From contig PHCJ01000015.1 in the NCBI GenBank assembly GCA_002842285.1, positions 278 to 64,277 on the forward strand: 64,000 nucleotides of DNA. Reading direction: 5' to 3'. The notes under the pieces were generated by a model. That model was not told where the DNA came from, did not search any database, and saw nothing but the letters and a program-made list of their open reading frames with translations. Position numbers and translations under genes: made by a program. This document shows positions 10,171 to 20,149 of the stretch, piece by piece. Origin of the DNA: Betaproteobacteria bacterium HGW-Betaproteobacteria-22. Its GTDB lineage: Bacteria; Pseudomonadota; Gammaproteobacteria; Burkholderiales; Methylophilaceae. The stretch's first letter is position 1. Each line of letters starts with the position of its first letter.

Positions 10171-11081
10171 TTCTATTGTATCGTTTAACGCGTTTTATCT
10201 CCGTCATTTTTGGGGTTTTACTCCTCACGTTCCTGTTAATTCACCTTGTACCAGGTGACCCGATAGAGGTGATGCTGGGCGAGTCTGCCAGCACTGTAGA
10301 CCGTGCTGAGTTGCGCAGGGATCTGGGCCTTGATAAGCCCCTGATTTATCAATTTGGGCATTACCTTAATCAATTGGCGCATGGTGACTTAGGTCGGTCT
10401 ATTCATACTAAAGAATCCATTACCAGCCTGATTGCAGCACGCTACCCTGCAACCGTGAAACTTGCGTTTGTATCTTTGCTCATCGCTCTGATTGTGGGTG
10501 TGCCGCTGGGCGTTTATGCCGCATTGAGGGCAAATCGCTGGCAGGACTTTATTGTGACCATCATTTCGGTACGTTTTGCTGCGATGCCGGTCTTTTGGCT
10601 AGGCCCGGTATTGATGTTGTTTTTTGCAGTCTGGCTTGGCTGGCTACCTGTGAGTGGTATGGATAATCATGGTGCTATTGTGCTGCCGGCCATTACATTG
10701 GGATTAGGTTTAAGTGCCATTCTCACACGCATGACACGCACCAGTTTGCTGGAGGTGCTCAACGATGATTACATCCGCACCGCACGTGCCAAAGGCCTGA
10801 GTGCGCGCACGGTCGTTTTGCGTCATGCCTTGCGTGCGGCAATATTGCCGATTATCACCATTGTCGGTTTGCAGATGGGCAGCTTGCTGGCCGGCACGGT
10901 CATTACCGAAACGATATTCAGTTGGGATGGCATTGGGCGCCTCTTGGTGGAGAGTATTGAAAAACGTGATTATCCAGTTACACAGGCCTGTGTGCTTGTT
11001 GTGGCGTTGAGTTATGTCATTGTGAATCTGGCGACTGATATTTTGTATCAGCTGGCAGACCCCAGAATGAGAAGCTATTAA
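10167..11081 (+). CDS. Peptide ABC permease (DppB/NikB-like)
   Basis: EAA loop TARAKGLS; ATGA overlap with the transpeptidase gene. Confidence 0.9.
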   Translation: MILLYRLTRFISVIFGVLLLTFLLIHLVPGDPIEVMLGESASTVDRAELRRDLGLDKPLIYQFGHYLNQLAHGDLGRSIHTKESITSLIAARYPATVKLAFVSLLIALIVGVPLGVYAALRANRWQDFIVTIISVRFAAMPVFWLGPVLMLFFAVWLGWLPVSGMDNHGAIVLPAITLGLGLSAILTRMTRTSLLEVLNDDYIRTARAKGLSARTVVLRHALRAAILPIITIVGLQMGSLLAGTVITETIFSWDGIGRLLVESIEKRDYPVTQACVLVVALSYVIVNLATDILYQLADPRMRSY

Positions 11082-11154
11082 GACCTTTCATTGATGAATA
11101 CGTCAGGTTAACCTTGAAAATCCTCACTTAAATCCTCTCTCGTGAATTAACGGA

Positions 11155-11952
11155 ATGAAAAATTTTTCATATGCGATATTAGGTGTATGGCTAATTGCAG
11201 TGCTTGCAGGCCATGTCATGCATCTTGACCCCAATGCAATAGATTTAAATGTGGTGTTGCATGGGCCAAGTGCCCTGCATTGGTTGGGTGCGGATGATTT
11301 GGGGCGTGACTTATTAGCGCGCATTTTAAGCGGGGTGCAGGTCTCTTTTATGGTTGCAATGGTGGTTACTGCTGTCACTATGGTTGTCGGTGTGTTTGTG
11401 GGTTTGCTGGCAGGGTTTTATGGTGGCAGGGTTGATCAGATATTAATGCAGATTACTGACATTTTCTTGGCTTTTCCTGGAATTTTGCTTGCGATTGCAT
11501 TTGCCGCAGTGTTGGGGCCGGGGTTAGATAATTTAATTTTTGCCTTGTGTTTAACAGGCTGGGTCAGCTACGCACGCTTAACGCGCGGACAAACCATGAG
11601 TTTGCGAAATCGTCAGCACGTGCTGGCCGCACAATCACTCGGTGCCACTGTACCGCGACTTCTGCTCCTGCATATTTTGCCATTGATAGCCTCTCTGCTG
11701 GTGGTGGAGGCGACCTACAGCCTGGCGAGTGTGATGATTGCCGAGGCGAGTTTGTCATTTTTAGGACTGGGCATTCAGGCGCCACATGCCTCTTGGGGTG
11801 CCATGCTACGTGATGCCGTACGCTATATGCTGGTTGCGCCGCATTATGTGTTAATCGTGGGCGCTTGCATGATGAGCCTTATTTTGGCGATTAACTTGTG
11901 TGGCGACTATTTGCGGGATTCGCTTGACGTAAGGACTGAGAAACAAATCTGA
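11155..11952 (+). CDS. Peptide ABC permease (DppC/NikC-like)
   Basis: LGADDLGRD, AAQSLGAT, EASLSFLGLG. Confidence 0.9.
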   Translation: MKNFSYAILGVWLIAVLAGHVMHLDPNAIDLNVVLHGPSALHWLGADDLGRDLLARILSGVQVSFMVAMVVTAVTMVVGVFVGLLAGFYGGRVDQILMQITDIFLAFPGILLAIAFAAVLGPGLDNLIFALCLTGWVSYARLTRGQTMSLRNRQHVLAAQSLGATVPRLLLLHILPLIASLLVVEATYSLASVMIAEASLSFLGLGIQAPHASWGAMLRDAVRYMLVAPHYVLIVGACMMSLILAINLCGDYLRDSLDVRTEKQI

Positions 11953-12130
11953 TTGCTTGATTGGACACTGAAAAAACCTTACATTTGCAAAAAACCTTTC
12001 AAAAGCCGTTGAGTATCAAACCGATCGACTAAGGAGGGAGGATAAACCGGTCGCAATCAGGCTTGGCGACATGGTTGCAATTTCACTGCCTTTTATAGAG
12101 TAAATTATGAGTGGATCAATCGGTTTTGGA

Positions 12131-12170
12131 TTTATCCGCACTCATCTGTGTTCATCCGTGTTTATCTATG
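12131..12170. repeat. Four degenerate 10-bp tandem units (TTTATCCGCA/CTCATCTGTG/TTCATCCGTG/TTTATCTATG)
   Basis: Read directly in the intergenic sequence; inverted partner ATGAGTGGAT at 12107-12116. Confidence 0.6.
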
Positions 12171-12213
12171 GCTAAATAACGGCTTGTTATTATTTGAATT
12201 TAAAGGATTTTAT

Positions 12214-13260
12214 ATGTCACTAGGTCCGGTTATGCTGGATGTCGTCGGTACCGAGCTCACAGCCGACGATATCCGCCGAATACGGCATCCACTGGTAGGT
12301 GGTGTAATTTTATTTAAGCGCAATTATGAAAATAATGCGCAATTAAAGGCGCTTACAGCGAGCATACATGCCGTGCGTCAGCCGCCTTTGCTGATTGCAG
12401 TTGATCATGAAGGTGGCCGCGTGCAACGCTTCAGGGAAGGCTTTACCAAGATTCCACCTATGCGTGAATTAGGCAAAGTATGGGATAAAAACCCCAAAAA
12501 GGCCAAGGCGCTTGCCAAAGATACAGGCTGGGTGCTGGCAGCAGAGTTGCGTGCGCATGGTATTGATTTTAGCTTTACGCCCGTGCTGGATATGGATTAC
12601 GGCGATAGTCTGGTGATAAGCGACCGCGCCTTTCATTTAAACGCACACGCCATTAATGATTTGGCCTTTGCGCTGATGCAGGGTTTGAAAAAAGGGGGAA
12701 TGGCAGCCGTGGGTAAGCACTTTCCCGGGCACGGCTTTGTGGTGGCAGATTCACACGTGAGCATGCCTGTGGATGAGCGAGCATTTGACCAGATTGCCCA
12801 GCATGATATGCAGCCGTTTAGAATGCTGATAGACGAGGGTATACAGGCCATTATGCCAGCCCATGTGATTTACCCTGATGTGGATGATAAACCTGCTGGG
12901 TTTTCAAGTCGCTGGTTACAGAAAATATTACGTGAGCGATTGGGCTTTAATGGTGTGGTATTCAGTGATGATCTGAGCATGGAGGCTGCCACAGTTGGCG
13001 GTGATGTGACTACCCGTGCGCTGGCAGCTTTGAATGCCGGATGTGATATGGTGCTGCTCTGCAATCAGCCTGCCTTGGCGGATGAGTTGCTGGAAAATTT
13101 AAAATGGACAATATCCGCGCAAAGTTTAAGTCGTCTGGCGCGGATGCACGGACACAAGCACCCACCTACAATGGATCAATTACATGAAAGTGCTGAGTTT
13201 GTGGACGCTGTGCACCAGGTGGCGCAAGTGGGGATGGCTGAAGGGGAGTTATTTACCTAA
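12214..13260 (+). CDS. nagZ: Beta-N-acetylhexosaminidase (GH3)
   Basis: DHEGGRVQRF and KHFPGHG motifs; AAAGGA RBS before ATG 12214. Confidence 0.95.
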   Translation: MSLGPVMLDVVGTELTADDIRRIRHPLVGGVILFKRNYENNAQLKALTASIHAVRQPPLLIAVDHEGGRVQRFREGFTKIPPMRELGKVWDKNPKKAKALAKDTGWVLAAELRAHGIDFSFTPVLDMDYGDSLVISDRAFHLNAHAINDLAFALMQGLKKGGMAAVGKHFPGHGFVVADSHVSMPVDERAFDQIAQHDMQPFRMLIDEGIQAIMPAHVIYPDVDDKPAGFSSRWLQKILRERLGFNGVVFSDDLSMEAATVGGDVTTRALAALNAGCDMVLLCNQPALADELLENLKWTISAQSLSRLARMHGHKHPPTMDQLHESAEFVDAVHQVAQVGMAEGELFT

Positions 13261-13330
13261 TTTACTTGAAACTTCTAGTGTAAAACGTTATCTTACTCCG
13301 TGTAGTGTTTAATTTTTTGAGGAAACAACA

Positions 13331-14020
13331 ATGATGGATGATATTCAAGTTTTAGGTCGTGAAGGTACACTCTCTGTGCAAAACAAGGTATTACGTAATA
13401 CCTATGCGATGCTGGGTATGACCATGATACCTACCGTTATCGGTGCATTCGTAGGGATTAACACGAATTTTTCCTGGATGATGGCTGCAAGCCCGATTAT
13501 GTTGTTTGTGGGTGTTTTAGCCACCGTTTATGGCATGACATGGTTGATTGCCAAGAACGCCAACAATGCCTCAGGCGTTTGGCTGTTATTTGGCTTTACT
13601 TTTATTATGGGCCTATTGCTGGGACCAATTTTACAGCATGCCTTGCATCTGAGTAATGGCGCGCAGCTGATTGGTCTGGCAGCAGGCGGTACTGCGATTT
13701 CTTTCCTGACCCTTTCTGCGGTTGCCACTAATGCAAAACGTGACTTCAGTTTTCTGGGTAAATTTTTAACCATAGGCTTTGTATTGGTGATTTTGGCGAT
13801 TCTGGCAAATTTCTTTTTCCAGATTCCTGCGTTGTCACTGACCATCTCAGCGGTCGTGGTGATGCTGATGGCAGGTTTTATTTTGTATGAAATCAACCAG
13901 GTGGTGCGTGGTGGCCAAACCAACTACATTATGGCAACCTTGAGCATTTATATCAGTTTGCATAACATGTTTACGCACTTGCTGCATTTGCTGATGGCTC
14001 TGATGGGTAATGACGATTAA
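13331..14020 (+). CDS. yccA: Bax inhibitor-1/YccA family membrane protein
   Basis: NKVLRNTY, about 7 TM helices, YISLHNMF. Confidence 0.9.
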   Translation: MMDDIQVLGREGTLSVQNKVLRNTYAMLGMTMIPTVIGAFVGINTNFSWMMAASPIMLFVGVLATVYGMTWLIAKNANNASGVWLLFGFTFIMGLLLGPILQHALHLSNGAQLIGLAAGGTAISFLTLSAVATNAKRDFSFLGKFLTIGFVLVILAILANFFFQIPALSLTISAVVVMLMAGFILYEINQVVRGGQTNYIMATLSIYISLHNMFTHLLHLLMALMGNDD

Positions 14021-14041
14021 CTACATATAGTGTTGAGAATC

Positions 14042-14070
14042 AAAAAACCGGCCCAATGGTCGGTTTTTTT
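14042..14070. terminator. Bidirectional intrinsic terminator between convergent yccA and tadA
   Basis: AAAAAACCGGCC-CAAT-GGTCGGTTTTTTT hairpin. Confidence 0.8.
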
Positions 14071-14080
14071 ATGAGACGGC

Positions 14081-14575
<495 letters not shown>

Positions 14576-14643
14576 TTAAATTAAATGCGTTGATAGCGAC
14601 TGCCTTATTTTACACGCTCACCATACAAAGGACTTGGTAAAAT

Positions 14644-15546
14644 TTAAAGCAGAATATCACTGAATACCAATTCCTGAAGTGCCTTGGTCAGCCATTGCTG
14701 TGCTTTGCCGCCATGGCTGCGCCAAGCTAAAAAGAAAGTCACTTCTGGCCTGGGTTCGGCAACCTGCTTAATCACAAGCTGCCCTTTTGCCGCGTATTTA
14801 ACGGCCAGATTTTTGGGGATAAAGCCTGCACCTAGGCCTGCAATCTGTGCAGCTAACTTGGTACGCATATCCGGCACGGTTAGCACATCCTGGCCGTTTA
14901 AAATTCCTGAGGTGCGGGGTGATAGGCTACGCGAGCTATCTGCGGCTGAGATTGAGCGGTGTAGCATGATGTCCTGATTTTGCAGAGGTTCATCCAGCAT
15001 GGCAAGAGGGTGGTGTGGTGCTACAGCATAGCAGAACGCTAACGCGCCAATAGGTTTTGCGATGTAGCCGCCACCCGGTGGGGCGTCACCAGGCGCGCCG
15101 AACGAAATGTCAGCGCGGCCGCTAATAAGCGCATCCCAATTGCCACCGTATACTTCCTGTATGAGCTTGATGCGTGTACCAAAATTTTGTTGATAAAACC
15201 GTTGAAGTAAGGGGTAAATTTTTTCTATATCCAGTAAATCGCTGATGGCAATGGTGAGTTCTGTTTCTACGCCTAACGCAACACGCTTTACCCTTGATTC
15301 CAGTTCATTGGCGGCATTGAGCAGATTTCGGCCTTCCTTTAATAGCTCGGCGCCCGCTAAAGTCAGTTCTGCACGGTGTCCGCTGCGATTAAACAGACTG
15401 ACATTGAGATCCTGCTCGAGCTTGCGCACGGTGTAAGTGATTGCAGAGGGAACGCGAAATAAAGACTCAGCCGCCGCCGCAAAGCTGCCTTTGCGCGCGA
15501 TGGCATCTAGTACTTCAAGTGATTCCAATGATAGTTTGGATGCCAT
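14644..15546 (-). CDS. LysR-family regulator, YhaJ-like
   Basis: LSLESLEVLDAIARKGSFAAAA...RVPSAITY...LFNRSGHR closely resembles the E. coli YhaJ N-terminus as recalled. Confidence 0.85.
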   Translation of the reverse strand: MASKLSLESLEVLDAIARKGSFAAAAESLFRVPSAITYTVRKLEQDLNVSLFNRSGHRAELTLAGAELLKEGRNLLNAANELESRVKRVALGVETELTIAISDLLDIEKIYPLLQRFYQQNFGTRIKLIQEVYGGNWDALISGRADISFGAPGDAPPGGGYIAKPIGALAFCYAVAPHHPLAMLDEPLQNQDIMLHRSISAADSSRSLSPRTSGILNGQDVLTVPDMRTKLAAQIAGLGAGFIPKNLAVKYAAKGQLVIKQVAEPRPEVTFFLAWRSHGGKAQQWLTKALQELVFSDILL

Positions 15547-15565
15547 TAGGTGCGCCTGAAAATAT

Positions 15566-15582
15566 ATTCAAAAAATATGAAT
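15566..15582. promoter_or_regulatory. Putative LysR recognition site ATTCA-N7-TGAAT (T-N11-A)
   Basis: Perfect dyad with T-N11-A core, 20 bp upstream of the LysR start in the divergent intergenic region. Confidence 0.65.
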
Positions 15583-15800
15583 GAGATATGCAAAATTATT
15601 TAATATTTATCTATAACTATTAAGTTTATCATGTGTTTTTAAATTCAATAAACTTGAATTAATTACTCATTCTAGTCTGAAATGAAACTTAAGCAATGGT
15701 AGGGTATCTGATAGTAGGCGTCATCTTCTAGCAGGTAATTGCCTGTTTTATTGCTTAAACTGATTAGGATGTTAACGAAATTTTTTCTTAAGGAACAAGA

Positions 15801-16412
15801 ATGCGCACATTTAATATTAAACCTTCAGTATTGCTATTATCTACATTGCTCTTTGGGGTAAACTCGGCAATAGCTGCACCTGTCACCTATCAAATTGATA
15901 GCGCACACAGCTTTGTGAACTGGACAGTCCGTCACGTTGTAGCCAAAACGTCGGGTGCATTTCATGATGTCAGCGGTCATGTGGTGGTGGATACGGAGAA
16001 TCTTGCAAACTCTTCAGTCAATGCAAAAATCAACCTGCTCAGTGTCAATAGCGGTCACGCCAAGCGTGATGCCCACATTAAGGAAAAAGATTATTTAGAT
16101 ACCGCCAGCTTTGCAGAAGCGCATTTTGTGAGCACCAAAGTAAGTGCTACCAGTGCGAGCGAAGGTGTGCTTACAGGCAATTTCACGTTGCATGGCATCA
16201 CAAAAGAAATCACACTGCCTTTTAATGTGCTGGGTTTTGGTAAGGATCCATGGGGCGGTGAGCGTAGCGGTTTTGAGGCAAAGACGACAATCAAGGCATC
16301 GGATTATGGTCTTGGCTGGGGCACAAAACCCAATGGCCCAGTGGGTGATGAAGTGGAAATTACTTTGCTAATAGAGGGTGTGAAGCCTTCTGCGGAAAAA
16401 ACAAAAAAATAA
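15801..16412 (+). CDS. YceI family periplasmic protein
   Basis: Signal peptide; YQIDSAHS, RDAHIK, DPWGGERSGF. Confidence 0.9.
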   Translation: MRTFNIKPSVLLLSTLLFGVNSAIAAPVTYQIDSAHSFVNWTVRHVVAKTSGAFHDVSGHVVVDTENLANSSVNAKINLLSVNSGHAKRDAHIKEKDYLDTASFAEAHFVSTKVSATSASEGVLTGNFTLHGITKEITLPFNVLGFGKDPWGGERSGFEAKTTIKASDYGLGWGTKPNGPVGDEVEITLLIEGVKPSAEKTKK

Positions 16413-16443
16413 CTGCAAAAAATTATCAGTGATTGGAGTAGGT

Positions 16444-17526
16444 ATGGCATTGGATTTATTTAATTCTGTTAAATTAGGCACAATTCAACTGGCGAATCGC
16501 ATAGTGATGGCGCCACTTACCCGTAACAGAGCGGGCGAGGGTGGCGTGCCGCAAGAGATTAACGCCAAATATTATGCACAGCGCGCCTCTGCGGGTTTGA
16601 TTATCAGCGAAGCAACGCCTATTTCTGCCATGGCGCATGGTTATCCTGCGCTACCCGGTATTTATACTGAAGCGCAAATTGCCGGCTGGAAGAAAGTGAC
16701 CGACGCAGTGCATGCACAAGACGGGAAGATCGTCATGCAGTTATGGCATGTCGGCCGCATTTCACATCCAAGTTTGTTACCGAATAACGCATTGCCCATT
16801 GCCCCTTCAGCTTTAAAACCGGCAGGTCAGGCGTTTACCTATCAGGGCTTGGTCGACTTTGTCACGCCACGTGCTTTAGAAATTGGTGAGCTGCCTGGTA
16901 TTGTGGCTGATTATGTACATGCGACGAAAAATGCGCTTGCTGCAGGTTTTGATGGGGTTGAGGTCCATGCGGCCAATGGCTATTTGCTGGATCAGTTTTT
17001 ACGAGATGGTAGCAACAAGCGCACAGATCAATACGGTGGCACATTTGAAAACCGCGCCCGTTTGTTGTTGGAGGTAGTGCAGGCGGTTGCGGCTGTGGCT
17101 GGTGCAGATAAGGTGGGTGTACGCTTATCACCGGTGAACCCCTTTAATGATATGAAAGACAGCCGGCCACAGGCGCTGTTTAATTTTGTCGCGGAGGCGC
17201 TCAATCCATTTAATCTTGCCTATCTGCATGTGGTTGAAGGCGGGATTCATGGCGCTGGTATTGCCGCCCCCTTTGATTTTGATGATTTGCGAGGTCGCTT
17301 TAAAGGGGCTTATATTGCCAACCTTGCTTATGATAAAGCGCGTGGAAACGCTGCCATTGCCAGCGGGCATGCCGATGCGGTTGCCTACGGCGTGCCTTTT
17401 ATTGCCAATCCCGATTTGGTCGCACGCTTTAAAGTGGATGCCCCTTTGAATCAAGCTGACTCAGCCTCATTCTACGGTGGTGGCGAAAAAGGTTATACTG
17501 ATTATCCGTTTCTACAGGTGAAATAA
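16444..17526 (+). CDS. Old yellow enzyme / alkene reductase (NemA/XenB-like)
   Basis: MAPLTRNRA, EVHAANGYL, FYGGGEKGYTDYP; GGAG RBS before ATG 16444. Confidence 0.92.
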   Translation: MALDLFNSVKLGTIQLANRIVMAPLTRNRAGEGGVPQEINAKYYAQRASAGLIISEATPISAMAHGYPALPGIYTEAQIAGWKKVTDAVHAQDGKIVMQLWHVGRISHPSLLPNNALPIAPSALKPAGQAFTYQGLVDFVTPRALEIGELPGIVADYVHATKNALAAGFDGVEVHAANGYLLDQFLRDGSNKRTDQYGGTFENRARLLLEVVQAVAAVAGADKVGVRLSPVNPFNDMKDSRPQALFNFVAEALNPFNLAYLHVVEGGIHGAGIAAPFDFDDLRGRFKGAYIANLAYDKARGNAAIASGHADAVAYGVPFIANPDLVARFKVDAPLNQADSASFYGGGEKGYTDYPFLQVK

Positions 17527-17529
17527 ACC

Positions 17530-18129
17530 ATGCAAAAACTTGCCATTACCCAAGTGCCGATTGATGCTACGATTGCCGCTCGCTGGAGCGGCCGCGCTTA
17601 TGATGCCACAAAGGTGGTTGAGCATGCACAGATCATCGCTTTGTTAGAGGCGGCGCGCTGGGCGCCTTCCTGCTTTGGTGACCAACCATGGCGCTTTATT
17701 GTATGGGATAAAAACACTGATGCAGAGCGCTGGCAACAGGCTCTGGACTGCCTGGTAACGGGCAATCAGGCCTGGGCTAAAGATGCCCCTGTGCTGCTGC
17801 TGGTGTGTGCAGACACTTTGTTTAGTCATAATCAGCAGGCTAACCGCTGGGCGCAATACGACACAGGTGCAGCCGCCGAAAACTTATGTTTGCAGGCCGG
17901 TAGCATGGGGTTGATGGCGCATCAGATGGGTGGCTTTAATTCAGATATGGTGCGTGAACTGTTTGCGATTCCGTTACAGTACACGCCTATGGCGATGATT
18001 TCTGTTGGTTATCCTGCCGACATTGCGAGTCTGGAGGGTGATGTGTTGAGTCGAGAAGTCGCAGAGCGAAAACGTCATCCGCTTAATGCGCTGTTTTTTG
18101 CGAATGATTGGGGTAAACCTGTGGTTTAG
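17530..18129 (+). CDS. Nitroreductase family protein
   Basis: RWSGRAY, ARWAPSCFGDQPWRF, QMGGF. Confidence 0.9.
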   Translation: MQKLAITQVPIDATIAARWSGRAYDATKVVEHAQIIALLEAARWAPSCFGDQPWRFIVWDKNTDAERWQQALDCLVTGNQAWAKDAPVLLLVCADTLFSHNQQANRWAQYDTGAAAENLCLQAGSMGLMAHQMGGFNSDMVRELFAIPLQYTPMAMISVGYPADIASLEGDVLSREVAERKRHPLNALFFANDWGKPVV

Positions 18130-18209
18130 TCACTTCTAACTTAACTTAATCTGCCAGCTCTGCTAAACTCTCGAAAGTTTATATTTTCATTATGGATTAG
18201 GATGTTGTC

Positions 18210-18581
18210 ATGGCGGTGCTGTCACTTAATAAACAAAATTTCAAAGAAACAATCGAGAGCAACAATTTTGTGATTGTTGATTTTTGGGCGCCTTGGTGTG
18301 ATCCATGTGTTGCATTCACGCCAACATTTGAAGCTGCAGCAGTTAATAACCCTGACATTGTATTTGGGATGGTTAACACAGAAACAGACCCTGAAATTGC
18401 TGAATATTTTGAAGTGAACCAAATCCCTGGGGTTTTGGTAATACGCGAGCAAGCGGGTATTCATGCGCAAGTGGGTGAGATTGGCGCACCTGCTTTTGAT
18501 GAAATTATCAAATGGGCGCGTGAGTTTGATATGACACCGGTGCGCGAGTACTATAAGCAGCAGAATAGTAAAGCAAATTAG
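18210..18581 (+). CDS. Thioredoxin family protein (WCDPC active site)
   Basis: VDFWAPWCDPC and cis-Pro loop QIP. Confidence 0.85.
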   Translation: MAVLSLNKQNFKETIESNNFVIVDFWAPWCDPCVAFTPTFEAAAVNNPDIVFGMVNTETDPEIAEYFEVNQIPGVLVIREQAGIHAQVGEIGAPAFDEIIKWAREFDMTPVREYYKQQNSKAN

Positions 18582-18604
18582 CTGACTATCTGTTTGCGTA
18601 ATTT

Positions 18605-18629
18605 AAAAGCGGCTTGAAGCCGCTTTTTT
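18605..18629. terminator. Intrinsic terminator, probably bidirectional
   Basis: AAAAGCGGCT-TGA-AGCCGCTTTTTT. Confidence 0.8.
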
Positions 18630-18707
18630 CATTTCCAAGAATTTTATATCTAAGAACGCGCTGATTTTCTCAGGGAAAAAGAAATAAAAGCAGATGTTGC
18701 CTGACAG

Positions 18708-19064
18708 CTAGAATGACCCTGTCGTATATAGCCTGTATATATAATATGCGCCTATCACCATCATGATGTACATGGGCAGATCACCGCTTCTTTTTGTCTC
18801 TGATTTATTGGGAGAGCTGAACCAGCGGTTAAGTAGCCACAGCACAAAAATAATGACAGGAATCCAAAGCATGGTGGTGGTGGATTCAAATAGCTTGTTC
18901 ATGATTTTGGAAAATAAGCCATTATCTTTAAAGAGCTCAACAGCAAGACCAGCAATGCCTACCAGCATGAATCCAAAGCGGATGATAGCAGCCAGCACAC
19001 TGAGCTTGCTTTCGGCTTTGATGTCTTTATTTTTAAGGTATTTGTTGGGTTCTATTTGTGCCAT
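18708..19064 (-). CDS. Hypothetical membrane protein (about 3 TM)
   Basis: 118-aa hydrophobic ORF with GGAG RBS, downstream of nlpD. Confidence 0.65.
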   Translation of the reverse strand: MAQIEPNKYLKNKDIKAESKLSVLAAIIRFGFMLVGIAGLAVELFKDNGLFSKIMNKLFESTTTMLWIPVIIFVLWLLNRWFSSPNKSETKRSGDLPMYIMMVIGAYYIYRLYTTGSF

Positions 19065-19112
19065 CGTGGCGCTCCTTGACGTGGGTAAAGCAATCGTAGA
19101 AACCGTGACTGA

Positions 19113-20147
19113 CTAGTTGCCATTTTCAGATAAAAATTTCATGGGATCAACCGATTTACCTTGCTGCCGTATCTCAAAATGTAATTTCACGCTGTTGCTG
19201 TCGCTATCACCCATTTCAGCAATCTTTTGCCCTTGTTTAACTTGTTGGCCTTCTTTGACCAGAATCTTGCTGTTGTTGGCATAGACTGAAAGATAGGTGG
19301 CATTGTGCTTCACAATCACCAGTTTGCCATATCCTCGTAGGTCTGAGCCGCTGTAAATGACTTTTCCTGCTGCAGTTGATTGAATTTCCTGCCCCATTTT
19401 ACCTGCAATATCAATGCCTTTGTTGCCGGCATCATTAAATTTGGCAATCACCCTGCCTTTGGCCGGCCATATCCAGTTAAGGTTTGCATTGGTTGCAGTA
19501 CTGTTTTGATTGTCAGCTTTTACTTCTGTTTTTGTTTCAGCTTTGGGCTCGAGTGCAGGTTTTTCTGCTACTGGTTTTTTGGTATTTTCCGCTGCACCAT
19601 TTTTTGCACTATTGGCAATAGTGTCTGGCTTTGTTGCTTTGCTTGCAGGCAGGGGTGTATTGTAAGCTTTATCGCTGTATGGCTCACGTATGGCTTTGGG
19701 TTCGCTGATGTGTGCAGGTTCTGCCGGTTTGACGTTGGTTGTAATGGCCGCAATCGCGCTGTCCTGCTGTATCGGGTAGGTGGTGACGCCTGATTCGTCC
19801 CCGAAAGGCTTTTGTGGACCGTTTTCTGCTGCAATGGCAGGTTCATTCAGTGTGCTGAACTTGAGAATTTGGCCAATTCTGATGAGGTAGGGTGGGCTAA
19901 TCTGATTGGCAGCGGCGATTTCTTTGTAGTCGTAACCATATTCAAGGCCAATGCTATATAGAGTGTCGCCCTTTTTAACCATGTAAGTTTGCGGGCGCCA
20001 ATCATTGCCGGCTTTGCTGGCGGTAGTTTGTAATTGTTTTACCTTGCCTGCCGGCAGGCGGTCAATTACCGGGGCGGGTGTGGTGCTGCAGGCTGCAAGC
20101 TGCCATATAATAGTGAGTAATAAGCAAAAAAGCCGTATTCCACGCAT
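19113..20147 (-). CDS. nlpD: LysM/M23 lipoprotein NlpD
   Basis: Lipobox LAAC, LysM (YMVKKGDTLYSI), M23 domain (NKGIDIAG...LHFEIR); follows surE-pcm. Confidence 0.92.
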   Translation of the reverse strand: MRGIRLFCLLLTIIWQLAACSTTPAPVIDRLPAGKVKQLQTTASKAGNDWRPQTYMVKKGDTLYSIGLEYGYDYKEIAAANQISPPYLIRIGQILKFSTLNEPAIAAENGPQKPFGDESGVTTYPIQQDSAIAAITTNVKPAEPAHISEPKAIREPYSDKAYNTPLPASKATKPDTIANSAKNGAAENTKKPVAEKPALEPKAETKTEVKADNQNSTATNANLNWIWPAKGRVIAKFNDAGNKGIDIAGKMGQEIQSTAAGKVIYSGSDLRGYGKLVIVKHNATYLSVYANNSKILVKEGQQVKQGQKIAEMGDSDSNSVKLHFEIRQQGKSVDPMKFLSENGN

Positions 20148-20149
20148 TG

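Noticed and set aside
11960-12100. Possible ncRNA or riboswitch in the intergenic region before nagZ (AACCGATCG/AACCGGTCG, GGA-rich)
   Set aside because: No recognisable family fold or motif; would need an Rfam/Infernal search.
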